NCBI GenBank assembly: GCA_947259275.1
Contig: CAMYMH010000001.1
Span: 108,287 to 172,286 of the forward strand
Direction: 5' to 3'
Source of the DNA: an uncultured Acidimicrobiaceae bacterium
Lineage (GTDB): Bacteria; Actinomycetota; Acidimicrobiia; Spongiisociales; SHLN01
Length of the DNA: 64,000 nt
The translations under genes and the position numbers were made by a program. The notes below the pieces were generated by a model. The model did not search any database. It was not told where the DNA came from and saw only the letters and a program-made list of their open reading frames with translations. The first letter of the stretch is position 1. Each line of letters starts with the position of its first letter. Positions 39,383 to 47,849 of this stretch are shown here, one piece after another.

Positions 39383-40254
39383 AGCCGCCCGTCGTCGACT
39401 ACCTGTGTCCAGAAACCGTCGCCGAAGCGGTCGATCTTCTCGGCGAGCATGCCGACGGCGCCAAGGTGCTGGCCGGAGGGCAGAGCCTCATGCCACTGTT
39501 GAACATGCGTTTCGCCTACCCGACGGTGCTGATCGACATCAACCGCCTCGAGGAGACAGCCGCAATCGAGCCGGGCGACGAGGTGGTGGTCATCGGTGCC
39601 ACGGTCCGACAGGGCGATGCCGACCAGTCTCGGACCGTGCACGCCATGGTGCCTCTGCTGGCCCAAGCACTGCCCCACATCGGCCATTTCGTAACCAGGA
39701 ACCGGGGCACCATCGGTGGCTCGGTGGTCCACGCCGATCCCCGCGGCGAGGTTCCACTGGTGATGGTCACCCTCGGCGGCCGGGCAACGGTGGTTTCCAC
39801 CTCCGGGACGCGTACCATCGAAGCGGACGATCTGTTCCTCAGTCACTACACCACCTCGATCGCAGACGACGAACTTTTGCTCGACACGATCTGGCCGGCC
39901 CCCGGTGGGTTGTGGGGTTACGCCTTTCGCGAGTTCTCTCAGCGGCACGGGGACTATGCCCTCGGCATGGTGGCATGTGCCCTACGCCGGGAAGACGGAG
40001 TGGCGAAGCAGGCGACGGTAGCCGTCGGCGCGGTGGCCGGGCATCCCGTCGTCCTCGACGAGGTCGGCGCCGCGCTGGTGGGGGAGCCGATCGATGAGCG
40101 AGCCGCGGCCGAAGCGGGCCGTCTCGCCGCCGCCGCCGTCGACCCGTCATCCGATTTACATGCCTCGGCCCGTTATCGCCGGCACCTGGTTGGCCTGCTG
40201 ACCGAGAGTGCCCTGCTTGCCGCTTGGGCGGATACCGAACGCGAGGAGGCGTGA
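39379..40254 (+). CDS. FAD-binding subunit of xanthine-dehydrogenase-family enzyme (CoxM/HmfB-like)
   Basis: ATGA overlap with the upstream stop. …AGGQSLMPLLNMRF… FAD-binding PCMH domain. Confidence 0.8.
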   Translation: MKPPVVDYLCPETVAEAVDLLGEHADGAKVLAGGQSLMPLLNMRFAYPTVLIDINRLEETAAIEPGDEVVVIGATVRQGDADQSRTVHAMVPLLAQALPHIGHFVTRNRGTIGGSVVHADPRGEVPLVMVTLGGRATVVSTSGTRTIEADDLFLSHYTTSIADDELLLDTIWPAPGGLWGYAFREFSQRHGDYALGMVACALRREDGVAKQATVAVGAVAGHPVVLDEVGAALVGEPIDERAAAEAGRLAAAAVDPSSDLHASARYRRHLVGLLTESALLAAWADTEREEA

Positions 40255-40724
40255 TCGAGGTCTCTGTTACCGTCAACGGCCGCGCCTACGAGGAGGCGGT
40301 GGCGCCGCGCCTGTTGCTGTCTGACTTCCTCCGCCACACCCTTGGACTGACCGGAACCCATGTCGGATGCGAGCACGGGGTGTGTGGCTCGTGCACGGTC
40401 ATCGTCGATGACCGGTCGGTCCGGTCTTGCCTGATGCTGGCCGCTCAGGTCGACGGAGCCGAGGTGAGGACCGTTGAGGGCCTCGCCGATGGCGACGAGC
40501 TGCACCCGCTCCAGGCCGCCTTCCGCCGCAACCACGCGCTGCAGTGTGGTTTCTGTACCCCGGGGATCCTGATGGCATCGGTGGACTTCCTGGAGAGAAG
40601 CGATTCTCCCGGCCGCCGCCAGATTGCCGAGATGCTCTCGGGCCACCTGTGTCGCTGCACCGGGTACGAGCCGATCGTCGAGTCGATCCATGCTGTTGCC
40701 CTCCAAGAAGGGCAATCGCCGTGA
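40251..40724 (+). CDS. (2Fe-2S)-binding subunit (CoxS/HmfC-like)
   Basis: GTGA overlap. CEHGVCGSCTV and CGFCTPG…CRCTGY motifs. Confidence 0.85.
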   Translation: MIEVSVTVNGRAYEEAVAPRLLLSDFLRHTLGLTGTHVGCEHGVCGSCTVIVDDRSVRSCLMLAAQVDGAEVRTVEGLADGDELHPLQAAFRRNHALQCGFCTPGILMASVDFLERSDSPGRRQIAEMLSGHLCRCTGYEPIVESIHAVALQEGQSP

Positions 40725-42232
40725 ACCTGGCCCGCACGCTCCACTACGCCGCCGAACGCACGCCCGACGCCGAAGCCGTGGTCGACGGCGAAACGCGGAT
40801 CGTCTACTCAGTGCTGCGGGAGCGGGCGGCCAGGCTGGCAGGGGGATTGGCGGCCCTGGGGGTGCAGCCCGGCGACCCGGTGGCGACCGTGCTCAAGAAC
40901 CGCCACGAGAATGTCGAGCTCTTCTGGGCCTGCCAATACCTGGGCGCCCAATTCGTACCCCTTTCCTGGCGCAACCCGCCGTCCGCAGTCGAGTACTGCG
41001 TGGAGGATGCCGGAGCCAACGTGGTGGTCTTCGAGCCGGCGAGCGAGCAGCATGCGGCGGCGGTGGAAGGCTCGGGGCGGAACCTGGTGGCGGCCGCCGG
41101 GTCATCGAGCGATTGCACTTTCGACGGCCTGTTGAAGTCGGAGCCGATCGAGGGGGCATTCGACCTGGCAGACACGGCGACGTCCATCATGCTTTACACG
41201 TCGGGAACTACCGGCCGGCCCAAGGGGGTGCCGCGGTCGCATCGGGCAGAGCGCACCGCCGCTATGTCTCAGGCCTTGCAGCATGGCTATGTCCCCTGGG
41301 AGCGGACGCTGGGGACCATGCCTTTGTTTCACACCATGGGCGATCACTCCATGATCGCCATGTCCCTGCTGGCCGGGTGCTACGTCTGCCAGCCGGACTG
41401 GGGGGCGGCGATGGGCCTCGACCAGGTCGAGCAGGAGCGCATCACGTCGCTGTACCTGGCGCCCACGCTGTTCCACGACCTGGTGAAAGATCCCGGTGTT
41501 GGAGATTGCGATCTGTCGTCGGTGCGGGCCCTGGGATACGCTGGTGCGGCCATGACGGGTGCGCTGGCCGAACGCTGTACCGCCGCATTCCAACCTGAGG
41601 TGTTCGTCAACCACTACGGGTCGACGGAGATCTACACGTTCACCATCGGTCGTCGCCAGGTCGACAAGCCCGGCAACGCCGGCCGGGCATCGGTCAACGC
41701 CCTGATCCGCCTGGTGACTGTCGAGTCCGGCGCCGGGCCGGACGATCTGGTAGGTGCCGGTGAGGACGGTCAGATCATCTGCCATATGTCTTCCCCGGAA
41801 GCCTTCACCGGATACTGGCAACGCCCGGATGCCGACGCCAAAGCCATCCGGGATGGGTGGTACTACACAGGAGATGTTGGCGTGATCGACGAGGACGGCG
41901 ACATGTGGATCGTGGGCAGAGCGGACGACATGATCAATTCCGGTGGCGAGAACATCCATCCGCTCGAGGTGGAGGAGGTGCTGGCCCGTGCCCCCGGCGT
42001 CATCGAGGCGGCGGTCTATGGGGTGGCGGACGAACGGCTCGGGCAGCGGGTGGTCGCCTCGGTGGTAGCGCAGCCCGACGCTACCGCCGAGACCCTCGAC
42101 CAGTACTGTCTGGCGTCACCCAACCTCGCCCGCTACAAGCGTCCCCGTGAGTACCGCATCGTCGAGGCGCTGCCCAAGAGCGCATCGGGGAAGGTTCTCC
42201 GCCGAGTCTTGAGAGAAGGAGACAAGACATGA
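40721..42232 (+). CDS. AMP-dependent acyl-/aryl-CoA ligase (HmfD 2-furoyl-CoA synthetase-like)
   Basis: GTGA overlap. AMP-binding motif YTSGTTGRPKGV, and …YGSTE… …GDxG… motifs. Confidence 0.8.
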   Translation: MNLARTLHYAAERTPDAEAVVDGETRIVYSVLRERAARLAGGLAALGVQPGDPVATVLKNRHENVELFWACQYLGAQFVPLSWRNPPSAVEYCVEDAGANVVVFEPASEQHAAAVEGSGRNLVAAAGSSSDCTFDGLLKSEPIEGAFDLADTATSIMLYTSGTTGRPKGVPRSHRAERTAAMSQALQHGYVPWERTLGTMPLFHTMGDHSMIAMSLLAGCYVCQPDWGAAMGLDQVEQERITSLYLAPTLFHDLVKDPGVGDCDLSSVRALGYAGAAMTGALAERCTAAFQPEVFVNHYGSTEIYTFTIGRRQVDKPGNAGRASVNALIRLVTVESGAGPDDLVGAGEDGQIICHMSSPEAFTGYWQRPDADAKAIRDGWYYTGDVGVIDEDGDMWIVGRADDMINSGGENIHPLEVEEVLARAPGVIEAAVYGVADERLGQRVVASVVAQPDATAETLDQYCLASPNLARYKRPREYRIVEALPKSASGKVLRRVLREGDKT

Positions 42233-43017
42233 CCTATTCGACGGAGCTGGACGGCATGCGCTTTGAGCGCGACCCCGGCCGCGGCGTTGCCACCATCACG
42301 CTTGACGTCCCCGACAAGCACAATCGGGTTTCGATGCTGAGCAGGAATCAGCTGGCTGCGCTCTTCGAGGAGATCGGTAGAGATGACGAGGTGCGGGTTG
42401 TGATGCTCGCCGGAGCAGGCGAGCGCGCCTTCACCGCGGGTGGTGACATTCCAGGATTTCTCGAGGCCTCGCCCGAGACTCTGACCCGGCTGCACCACAA
42501 CGTCGCCGCGCCGGAACGATGCCCGAAGCCGGTAATCGCCAAGCTGCATGGCTACTGCCTCGGGGTGGGGACGGAGCTGGCGCTGGCATGTGACTTCCGG
42601 ATCGCGGCCTCCGACCTCCAGCTGGGTCTTCCGGAGATCAGGATCGGCATGATGCCGGGTAGCGGCGGTACCCAACGCATGGCGCGTCTGATCGGGCTCG
42701 GCCGGGCCAAGGACATGATCATGCGGGGGCGGAGGATCGAGGCGGAGGAAGCGCTGGCCTATGGGCTGGTCACCGAGGTCGTGGAGCCAGATGAGCTGGA
42801 CGAGGCAGCCGACCGGCTGGCAGTTGAGCTGATGGGCCATTCACCGTTGGCGATGGCGATGGTGAAGCGGATCCTCAATCGTGCCTACGACGGCTCGCTG
42901 CAGACCGGCCTGGAGCTGGAAGGCCTCGCCTACGGTTTCCTGCGCACCACCGACGACTTCCGAGAAGGCGTCGAGTCGTTCGTCGAGGGCAGGCCACCCG
43001 TCTACCGCGGCTCCTGA
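42229..43017 (+). CDS. Enoyl-CoA hydratase/isomerase (crotonase) family protein (HmfE-like)
   Basis: ATGA overlap. Crotonase fold sequence (…AGAGERAFTAGGDI…). Confidence 0.85.
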   Translation: MTYSTELDGMRFERDPGRGVATITLDVPDKHNRVSMLSRNQLAALFEEIGRDDEVRVVMLAGAGERAFTAGGDIPGFLEASPETLTRLHHNVAAPERCPKPVIAKLHGYCLGVGTELALACDFRIAASDLQLGLPEIRIGMMPGSGGTQRMARLIGLGRAKDMIMRGRRIEAEEALAYGLVTEVVEPDELDEAADRLAVELMGHSPLAMAMVKRILNRAYDGSLQTGLELEGLAYGFLRTTDDFREGVESFVEGRPPVYRGS

Positions 43018-43125
43018 GGCAGGTTTCGCTTGTCGCCTTGCTCACAGCAGTATCCACGGATGTCTCTCCCCCCGGAGGGGGGAGTCCGACGAAGTCGGGA
43101 GGGGGGCGGCAACACCTTCGGCGTA

Positions 43126-43255
43126 GCACCTGTCAAGATCAGCAGTAGTTGCGAAGCAACTCCCAAGGAACGCGCAGCGTTCCCCGCAACTGCACCTGTC
43201 AAGATCAGCAGGAGTTGTGAAGCAACTCCCAAGGAGCGCGCAGCGTTCCCGTCCC
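43126..43255. repeat. Two tandem ~66-bp direct repeats, each containing two perfect hairpins. The block is flanked by G/C-rich hairpins (43064-43099 and 43275-43292). Intergenic between convergent genes
   Basis: Copies at 43126 and 43192: GCACCTGTCAAGATCAGCAG(T/G)AGTTG(C/T)GAAGCAACTCCCAAGGA(A/G)CGCGCAGCGTTCC. Internal stems are AGTTGC-GAA-GCAACT and GGAACGC-GCA-GCGTTCC. Flanks are CTCCCCCC-GGA-GGGGGGAG and CTCCCCC-TCC-GGGGGAG. Confidence 0.6.
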
Positions 43256-43318
43256 CTCCGCCCCTGACGGGACACCTCCCCCTCCGGGGGAGGAAACGAC
43301 AGCGATCGCGGATCCTGC

Positions 43319-45541
43319 TCAGCGCAAGGTGAACTCGATCGGCGCCGCGTTCTCCTCTACGTCCGCGGTTTCCCTGGCGTGGAGCAGCGCGGTTTGAACG
43401 ATGTGCTTCACTCTGGCGTAGTTGTCTAGCTCCGCGGGTACGGGGCTGGTTCGCAGACCGAGGGCGTAGGCGGCGGCGTTACCGCCGATGGCCCGGTAGG
43501 AGTCGAGGGTCAGCACGGGAGCCATCGAGAAGAGTTCGAGATTGTCGAGCGGTTCCAGATCTGCCCGGTGAATTACAGCCGTTCCCTTCGACTGGACGCC
43601 AACGCCGATCCCCGAGCCGCTCAACCGGGCGGCGTCGTGGGCGATGAAGGCGACATCCGACGTGCGGCGCACTCTGACCAGACGGGGCCGGCCGCCTGCC
43701 GTCCGCACCCCGTCGACGAGGGCACCGATGACGGCCTCGTGTTCCAGGCCGTTGATGGTCGCCCGCAGCGTTCCGAGGAAGGCGGGGCCGACGCCAATCA
43801 CGACTTCGTCCCGACCGGCTCCTTGCCCGGCATCACCGAGCACCGTGATCGGCGCGGTCTGGTTGGTGGCGGCCGGTGCCAGCGTCCCGGGGTCGAGGCG
43901 ATGGGGGAGCGACTGCAGCTTCTCCCAGCGTTCGCCTTCGAGGCGGTAGCCAGTTCCGGGCCCGGTGTACTCGTTCGGATCGTTCACCGCCGACTCCACC
44001 CGCCAGTCGTCGCCGACGATGGCCGACGTCTGCAAGTAGTCGGCGCTCACTCGCAGCCGCTGCATCCCGAGCACGGCTTCGGCCACCGCGGTGTAGCCGG
44101 CAATGTCCAACGCCCGGGCAACGTCGACGCCGGTGAGCTCCTCGGCGAACACCAGGTCGGCAGCATCGACATCCGCAGCACGGTCCCGATCGGGTACGTC
44201 GCGGCTGTCGTAACCGACCACCGCCGCGGCCACCTCTTCGTCGGTGATCTCCGGAAAGCTCAGGTGACGGAACACTGCCTGCACCGCGCCGGCCGCCTGC
44301 TTGCGCACCGCCAGTGCTTGGGCTTCGTCGAGCGGTTCGATGCCGGCGTCAACCTGCCAATCGCGCTGAATCGTCGTCCACTCGTCGAGATCGTCTGCGT
44401 CGTAGTTGCCGCCTCCGAACATGTTGTCGTACTTGGGTACCGCGCTGTAGCCGGAGGTGACGAAGTCGGTGCCGGGGAGGAATTGGCCCATCAGCTTGGC
44501 GGTCCGCCGGATGGGGGAGTGGGAGGCGATGGCGTCGTTCCCGGACGCCACCTCCAGACCCAGCCACGCTGCGACGAGGTTCTCGGCCAGGATCGCTTTG
44601 GTGCCTCCCGGCAGCGATAGCGGAAGGGCAACGGTTGAGATTCCGCCGTTCTGCACCCCCTGGGAGCCGGTGGCCCTGATCAATGCCAGGCAACGAGCCT
44701 CCAGATAGAGCATGGAACAGCCCTCGGCGTGGCCCATCAAAGCTTCCGAGCCGCTGCCCGAGGTGAATCGAACCTTGATCCCGCGTGAGGCATACGCCGA
44801 GGCGAGGAATGCCTTTGACCAGGGGGTGTCGTCACCGTCGACCATGGCGGCGTCGGTACCGTAAACCGACAACGTCTCTGAATATGTGGTGAGGCCCTGC
44901 ATCCCCAATTCGAGATTTCGTTTCTCTTCGACGGCGCATTGGGTGAGCACGCCGGGGCGTCCAACCTGGGAGCCGACCAGCAGGGCGATGGCGTTGAAGG
45001 GCGCGTAGCGAGCAACTCCCACCGTGGTCTCGATCTCCGCAAAGCCGCGGGCGGCGGCCTCGGCGGCATCGGCGGCCAGCAGGGCAGGGCTCTCTTTGCG
45101 ATTCGTAACGTGCGCCTGGTTGGCCGGTCGTCGACGGGCGCGCAGCTTCTTGAGGGCGAACATCATTTCCACCGGATCGAGCCGGCCGACCACCCGGGCG
45201 AGCTTGGCCGGCGTAAGGCCACCCGACAGGCGAACGAGCTCGTCACGCGACGCCGAGACGTCGACCAGACGGAGCGCGATCTCGTCGTCGGACAGGTGCA
45301 TCACCTCGTTTGCGACCTCGAGGTCGATGCCGCGCAAGCTCACGAACCGGTCGATGAGATCGAACTCGTCTGCGGTCTTGCCGTCCATTGCCGTGATCGT
45401 TCCGTCAACGATGGTCAGCCCGGGTTCGGGGTCGTTCGGGCCGTTCATGGTCACCAGCCCGAGATCGGGCTGCGGTTCGATAATCGTCTCGAGACTCAGA
45501 TTTCTGTTGAGCCGGGCGCGGGCGCGGGCCGAGTCGGTCAC
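43319..45541 (-). CDS. Coenzyme-B12-dependent diol/glycerol dehydratase, fused large (α, PduC/DhaB1-like) + medium (β, PduD/DhaB2-like) subunit
   Basis: Residues ~60-600 align with PduC (…SPNDP.P……RRPANQAHVTN……GFAEIETTVGVARYAPFNAIALLVGSQVGRPGVLTQC……RFTSGSGSE……LMGQFLPGTDFVTSGYSAVPKYDNMFGGG…). The C-terminal ~200 aa aligns with PduD (…DEVVIGVGPAF…SDVAF…RLSGSGIGVGVQSKGTAVIH…LDNLELFSMAPVLTL…). Start taken at GTG 45541, overlapping the small-subunit stop (GTGA). Confidence 0.8.
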   Translation of the reverse strand: MTDSARARARLNRNLSLETIIEPQPDLGLVTMNGPNDPEPGLTIVDGTITAMDGKTADEFDLIDRFVSLRGIDLEVANEVMHLSDDEIALRLVDVSASRDELVRLSGGLTPAKLARVVGRLDPVEMMFALKKLRARRRPANQAHVTNRKESPALLAADAAEAAARGFAEIETTVGVARYAPFNAIALLVGSQVGRPGVLTQCAVEEKRNLELGMQGLTTYSETLSVYGTDAAMVDGDDTPWSKAFLASAYASRGIKVRFTSGSGSEALMGHAEGCSMLYLEARCLALIRATGSQGVQNGGISTVALPLSLPGGTKAILAENLVAAWLGLEVASGNDAIASHSPIRRTAKLMGQFLPGTDFVTSGYSAVPKYDNMFGGGNYDADDLDEWTTIQRDWQVDAGIEPLDEAQALAVRKQAAGAVQAVFRHLSFPEITDEEVAAAVVGYDSRDVPDRDRAADVDAADLVFAEELTGVDVARALDIAGYTAVAEAVLGMQRLRVSADYLQTSAIVGDDWRVESAVNDPNEYTGPGTGYRLEGERWEKLQSLPHRLDPGTLAPAATNQTAPITVLGDAGQGAGRDEVVIGVGPAFLGTLRATINGLEHEAVIGALVDGVRTAGGRPRLVRVRRTSDVAFIAHDAARLSGSGIGVGVQSKGTAVIHRADLEPLDNLELFSMAPVLTLDSYRAIGGNAAAYALGLRTSPVPAELDNYARVKHIVQTALLHARETADVEENAAPIEFTLR

Positions 45542-45951
45542 GCCAGCAGTCCGCGGGCGGCGTAGGCAGCCGCGGCCTCCCGCACCAGCCCGGCAATGGC
45601 CGGTGCGTCGTAGTCCGTCTCCAACCGCCGAGCCCACTGTTCGAGATCCTCCAGCGAGGAGCGGCCCGGCCGCAGCGCCGTGTAGATCTCGAGGATCACC
45701 GGGTTGGGGACTTTGGCCAGCTCGGCTGCCCGGTCGAGGTTGTCGGCCAGCTGATCGCGCCGGGCGGTCCGGGCCACTTCGGCCTGCATGCGCAGCGTCT
45801 CGGGAGTTGTCCGGAACTCGTCGTCGGGAATGGCACCCCGTCGGAGTTGCTCGAGCGTGAGGTCGGTGAGGGCCATGCCGCCCGGTGTCCGCACCAGATC
45901 GGGACGACGAGTACCGATCGGATAGTCGGTTCGAGGATCGAAGTCGGCCAT
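45538..45951 (-). CDS. Diol/glycerol dehydratase small (γ, PduE/DhaB3-like) subunit
   Basis: MADFDPRTDYP…TPETLRMQAEVARTARRDQLADNLDRAAELAKVP…ILEIYTALRP matches the PduE core. Encoded upstream of the αβ fusion. Confidence 0.75.
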   Translation of the reverse strand: MADFDPRTDYPIGTRRPDLVRTPGGMALTDLTLEQLRRGAIPDDEFRTTPETLRMQAEVARTARRDQLADNLDRAAELAKVPNPVILEIYTALRPGRSSLEDLEQWARRLETDYDAPAIAGLVREAAAAYAARGLLA

Positions 45952-46005
45952 GGCACGAGTGTACCGCCGGCCGTTGTTGGGCGGCTCCGCTCGCGTCGGG
46001 CAGGG

Positions 46006-47196
46006 ATGGTGCCTAGATTGACGGGCGTGACCAGGCTGCCGATCGCGCCCACTCTCGACTCCATTCGTGAGGAAGCAGCTTTCACCGTCCTCGACCAGGT
46101 CGTGCGAATGCGGCGCGACGGCATCGATGTGATCAGTCTCGGGATCGGCCAGCCCGACTTCGACCCGCCACCCCATGTCGTCGAAGCAGCCCGGCAGGCC
46201 CTGGCGGCTGGTCCCCACGGATACACGCCGGCCCTTGGTCTCCCCGAGCTGCGGGATGCCGTGGCCGAACACCTTGTTCGCCTCTACGACGTCGAGGTAT
46301 CCGCCGCTTCGGTGGCTATCGTTCCCGCCGGCAAGCTGACGATTAGTCTCGCCCTGCAAATGTTCGGTCGGCCGGGAGCCGAGATCCTTCTTCCCGATCC
46401 GGGCTTCCCTCCCTATCGCTCGGCGATCGGCTTCTCCGGTGCCACTCCCGTCGGCTACCCGTTGCCGGAGGCGGCCGGCTTTGGGTTGGATGCCGACCGG
46501 GTCCTGGAGCGGATAACCCCGGCCACGACGCTGCTAATCCTGAATAGTCCGTCGAATCCCACCGGCGGGACCGCGTCACGGGAGCAGTTGGATCGGCTCG
46601 TGAACGGGTTGAAGGATCACCCTCATGTCGTGGTCCTCAGTGACGAGATCTATAGCGGCCTCGCCTTCGATCATCCCCACCACACCATGCTGGCCTACCC
46701 GGAGATTCGCCACCGCTTGATCGTCCTCGACGGGTGGAGCAAGACCTACGGCATGACCGGGTGGCGGCTCGGTTGGGGAGTATGGCCCGACTCGCTCATC
46801 GCTCCTCTTCGCAAGCTGATCCTCATCAGTCACTCTTGTGTCAACATCGCCGCTCAGTACGGCGGGATGGCCGCCCTCACCGGTCCACAAGACTTGGCCC
46901 GGGAGATGAGAGCGACCTTCGATACCCGTCGGCGGTTCGTGGTGGAGGCCGCCAACGGAGTCCCCGGCTTTTCCTGCGCGATGCCGGGCGGGGCGTTCTA
47001 CGCATTTCCCAACATCGAAGCGACCGGGCACAGTGATGAAGACATTGCCGGGCTGCTGCTGGATGAGGCCCACGTGGCGGTGATTCCCGGCAACGACTTC
47101 GGCGAAAACGGCCTGGGCCACATTCGCATCTCATATGCCTCGCCCATGCACCTCCTCGAGGAGGCCTTCACTCGTATCCGACAGACGCTGAGCTGA
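46006..47196 (+). CDS. Pyridoxal-phosphate-dependent aminotransferase, class I (AspC-like)
   Basis: …ISLGIGQPDF… …LNSPSNPTG… …DEIYSGLAFD… …SKTYGMTGWRLGW… (PLP-Lys). Confidence 0.85.
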   Translation: MVPRLTGVTRLPIAPTLDSIREEAAFTVLDQVVRMRRDGIDVISLGIGQPDFDPPPHVVEAARQALAAGPHGYTPALGLPELRDAVAEHLVRLYDVEVSAASVAIVPAGKLTISLALQMFGRPGAEILLPDPGFPPYRSAIGFSGATPVGYPLPEAAGFGLDADRVLERITPATTLLILNSPSNPTGGTASREQLDRLVNGLKDHPHVVVLSDEIYSGLAFDHPHHTMLAYPEIRHRLIVLDGWSKTYGMTGWRLGWGVWPDSLIAPLRKLILISHSCVNIAAQYGGMAALTGPQDLAREMRATFDTRRRFVVEAANGVPGFSCAMPGGAFYAFPNIEATGHSDEDIAGLLLDEAHVAVIPGNDFGENGLGHIRISYASPMHLLEEAFTRIRQTLS

Positions 47197-47240
47197 GGCC
47201 ATCCCACGGTTTCCCCCATCACCACCGTGGGGCCCGCACG

Positions 47241-47621
47241 CTACCGGAGCGAGGCCCAGGGCTCCTCGGCGGCAACATCCACCAGGGCATACCCGGCCTC
47301 GCCGACGCAAGGGCTGAGGATCGCCAACAGCTTGGCCTCATCGTCCGAATCGTTGAACGACGCATGCACTGTGTCCGGCGGGATGAAGCAGGAGTCACCG
47401 GTTGAAAGGATTTGCTTCTCCTCACCGATCCACTGCTCGATCCGGCCGCTCACCACCAAGAGCACCTCTTCCTGATCGAGATGCTTATGGAAGTCATGGC
47501 ACCCACCGGGGGCGAACAACGCGTCGATCACAACCAGCTGGATTGCGCCCGTGGTCTCCGGCCGGCTCAGCCATCCCAGCTGTCCCCATCCGAACTCGTC
47601 TCTCGCGACGTCAGTCGCCAT
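47241..47621 (-). CDS. Cupin-domain protein
   Basis: …CHDFHKHLDQEEVLLVVSGRIE… …GDSCFIPPDTVHASFN… Start at the internal MATDVARD. Confidence 0.55.
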   Translation of the reverse strand: MATDVARDEFGWGQLGWLSRPETTGAIQLVVIDALFAPGGCHDFHKHLDQEEVLLVVSGRIEQWIGEEKQILSTGDSCFIPPDTVHASFNDSDDEAKLLAILSPCVGEAGYALVDVAAEEPWASLR

Positions 47622-47849
47622 CAAGAATGCAGCCAATTCCCCTCCTGAGTTTGGGTACCTGCGGCGGTGCCACAGGCCTTCTTGCGCCGCGCTTTGCCGA
47701 GGTTTCCTGGCGAGTCGAAGAACATGAATCGCGTCCGCATGTGCGGTCACCTGGTAGCTCCCGGTCGAGGATACTCCCCGGGCCTGGGCCCCACCCCAGG
47801 CTCGAGCTTGATTTCGCGCCCTGAAGAGCGTTCTCTAGAATCGCGGCTC

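Noticed and set aside
43126-43255. Possible CRISPR array
   Set aside because: Only two contiguous repeat copies with no unique spacers between them and no cas genes. The repeats are directly abutting 66-nt units.
43030-43332. 100-aa + strand ORF
   Set aside because: Lies entirely on the hairpin/tandem-repeat intergenic element. The translation is low-complexity.
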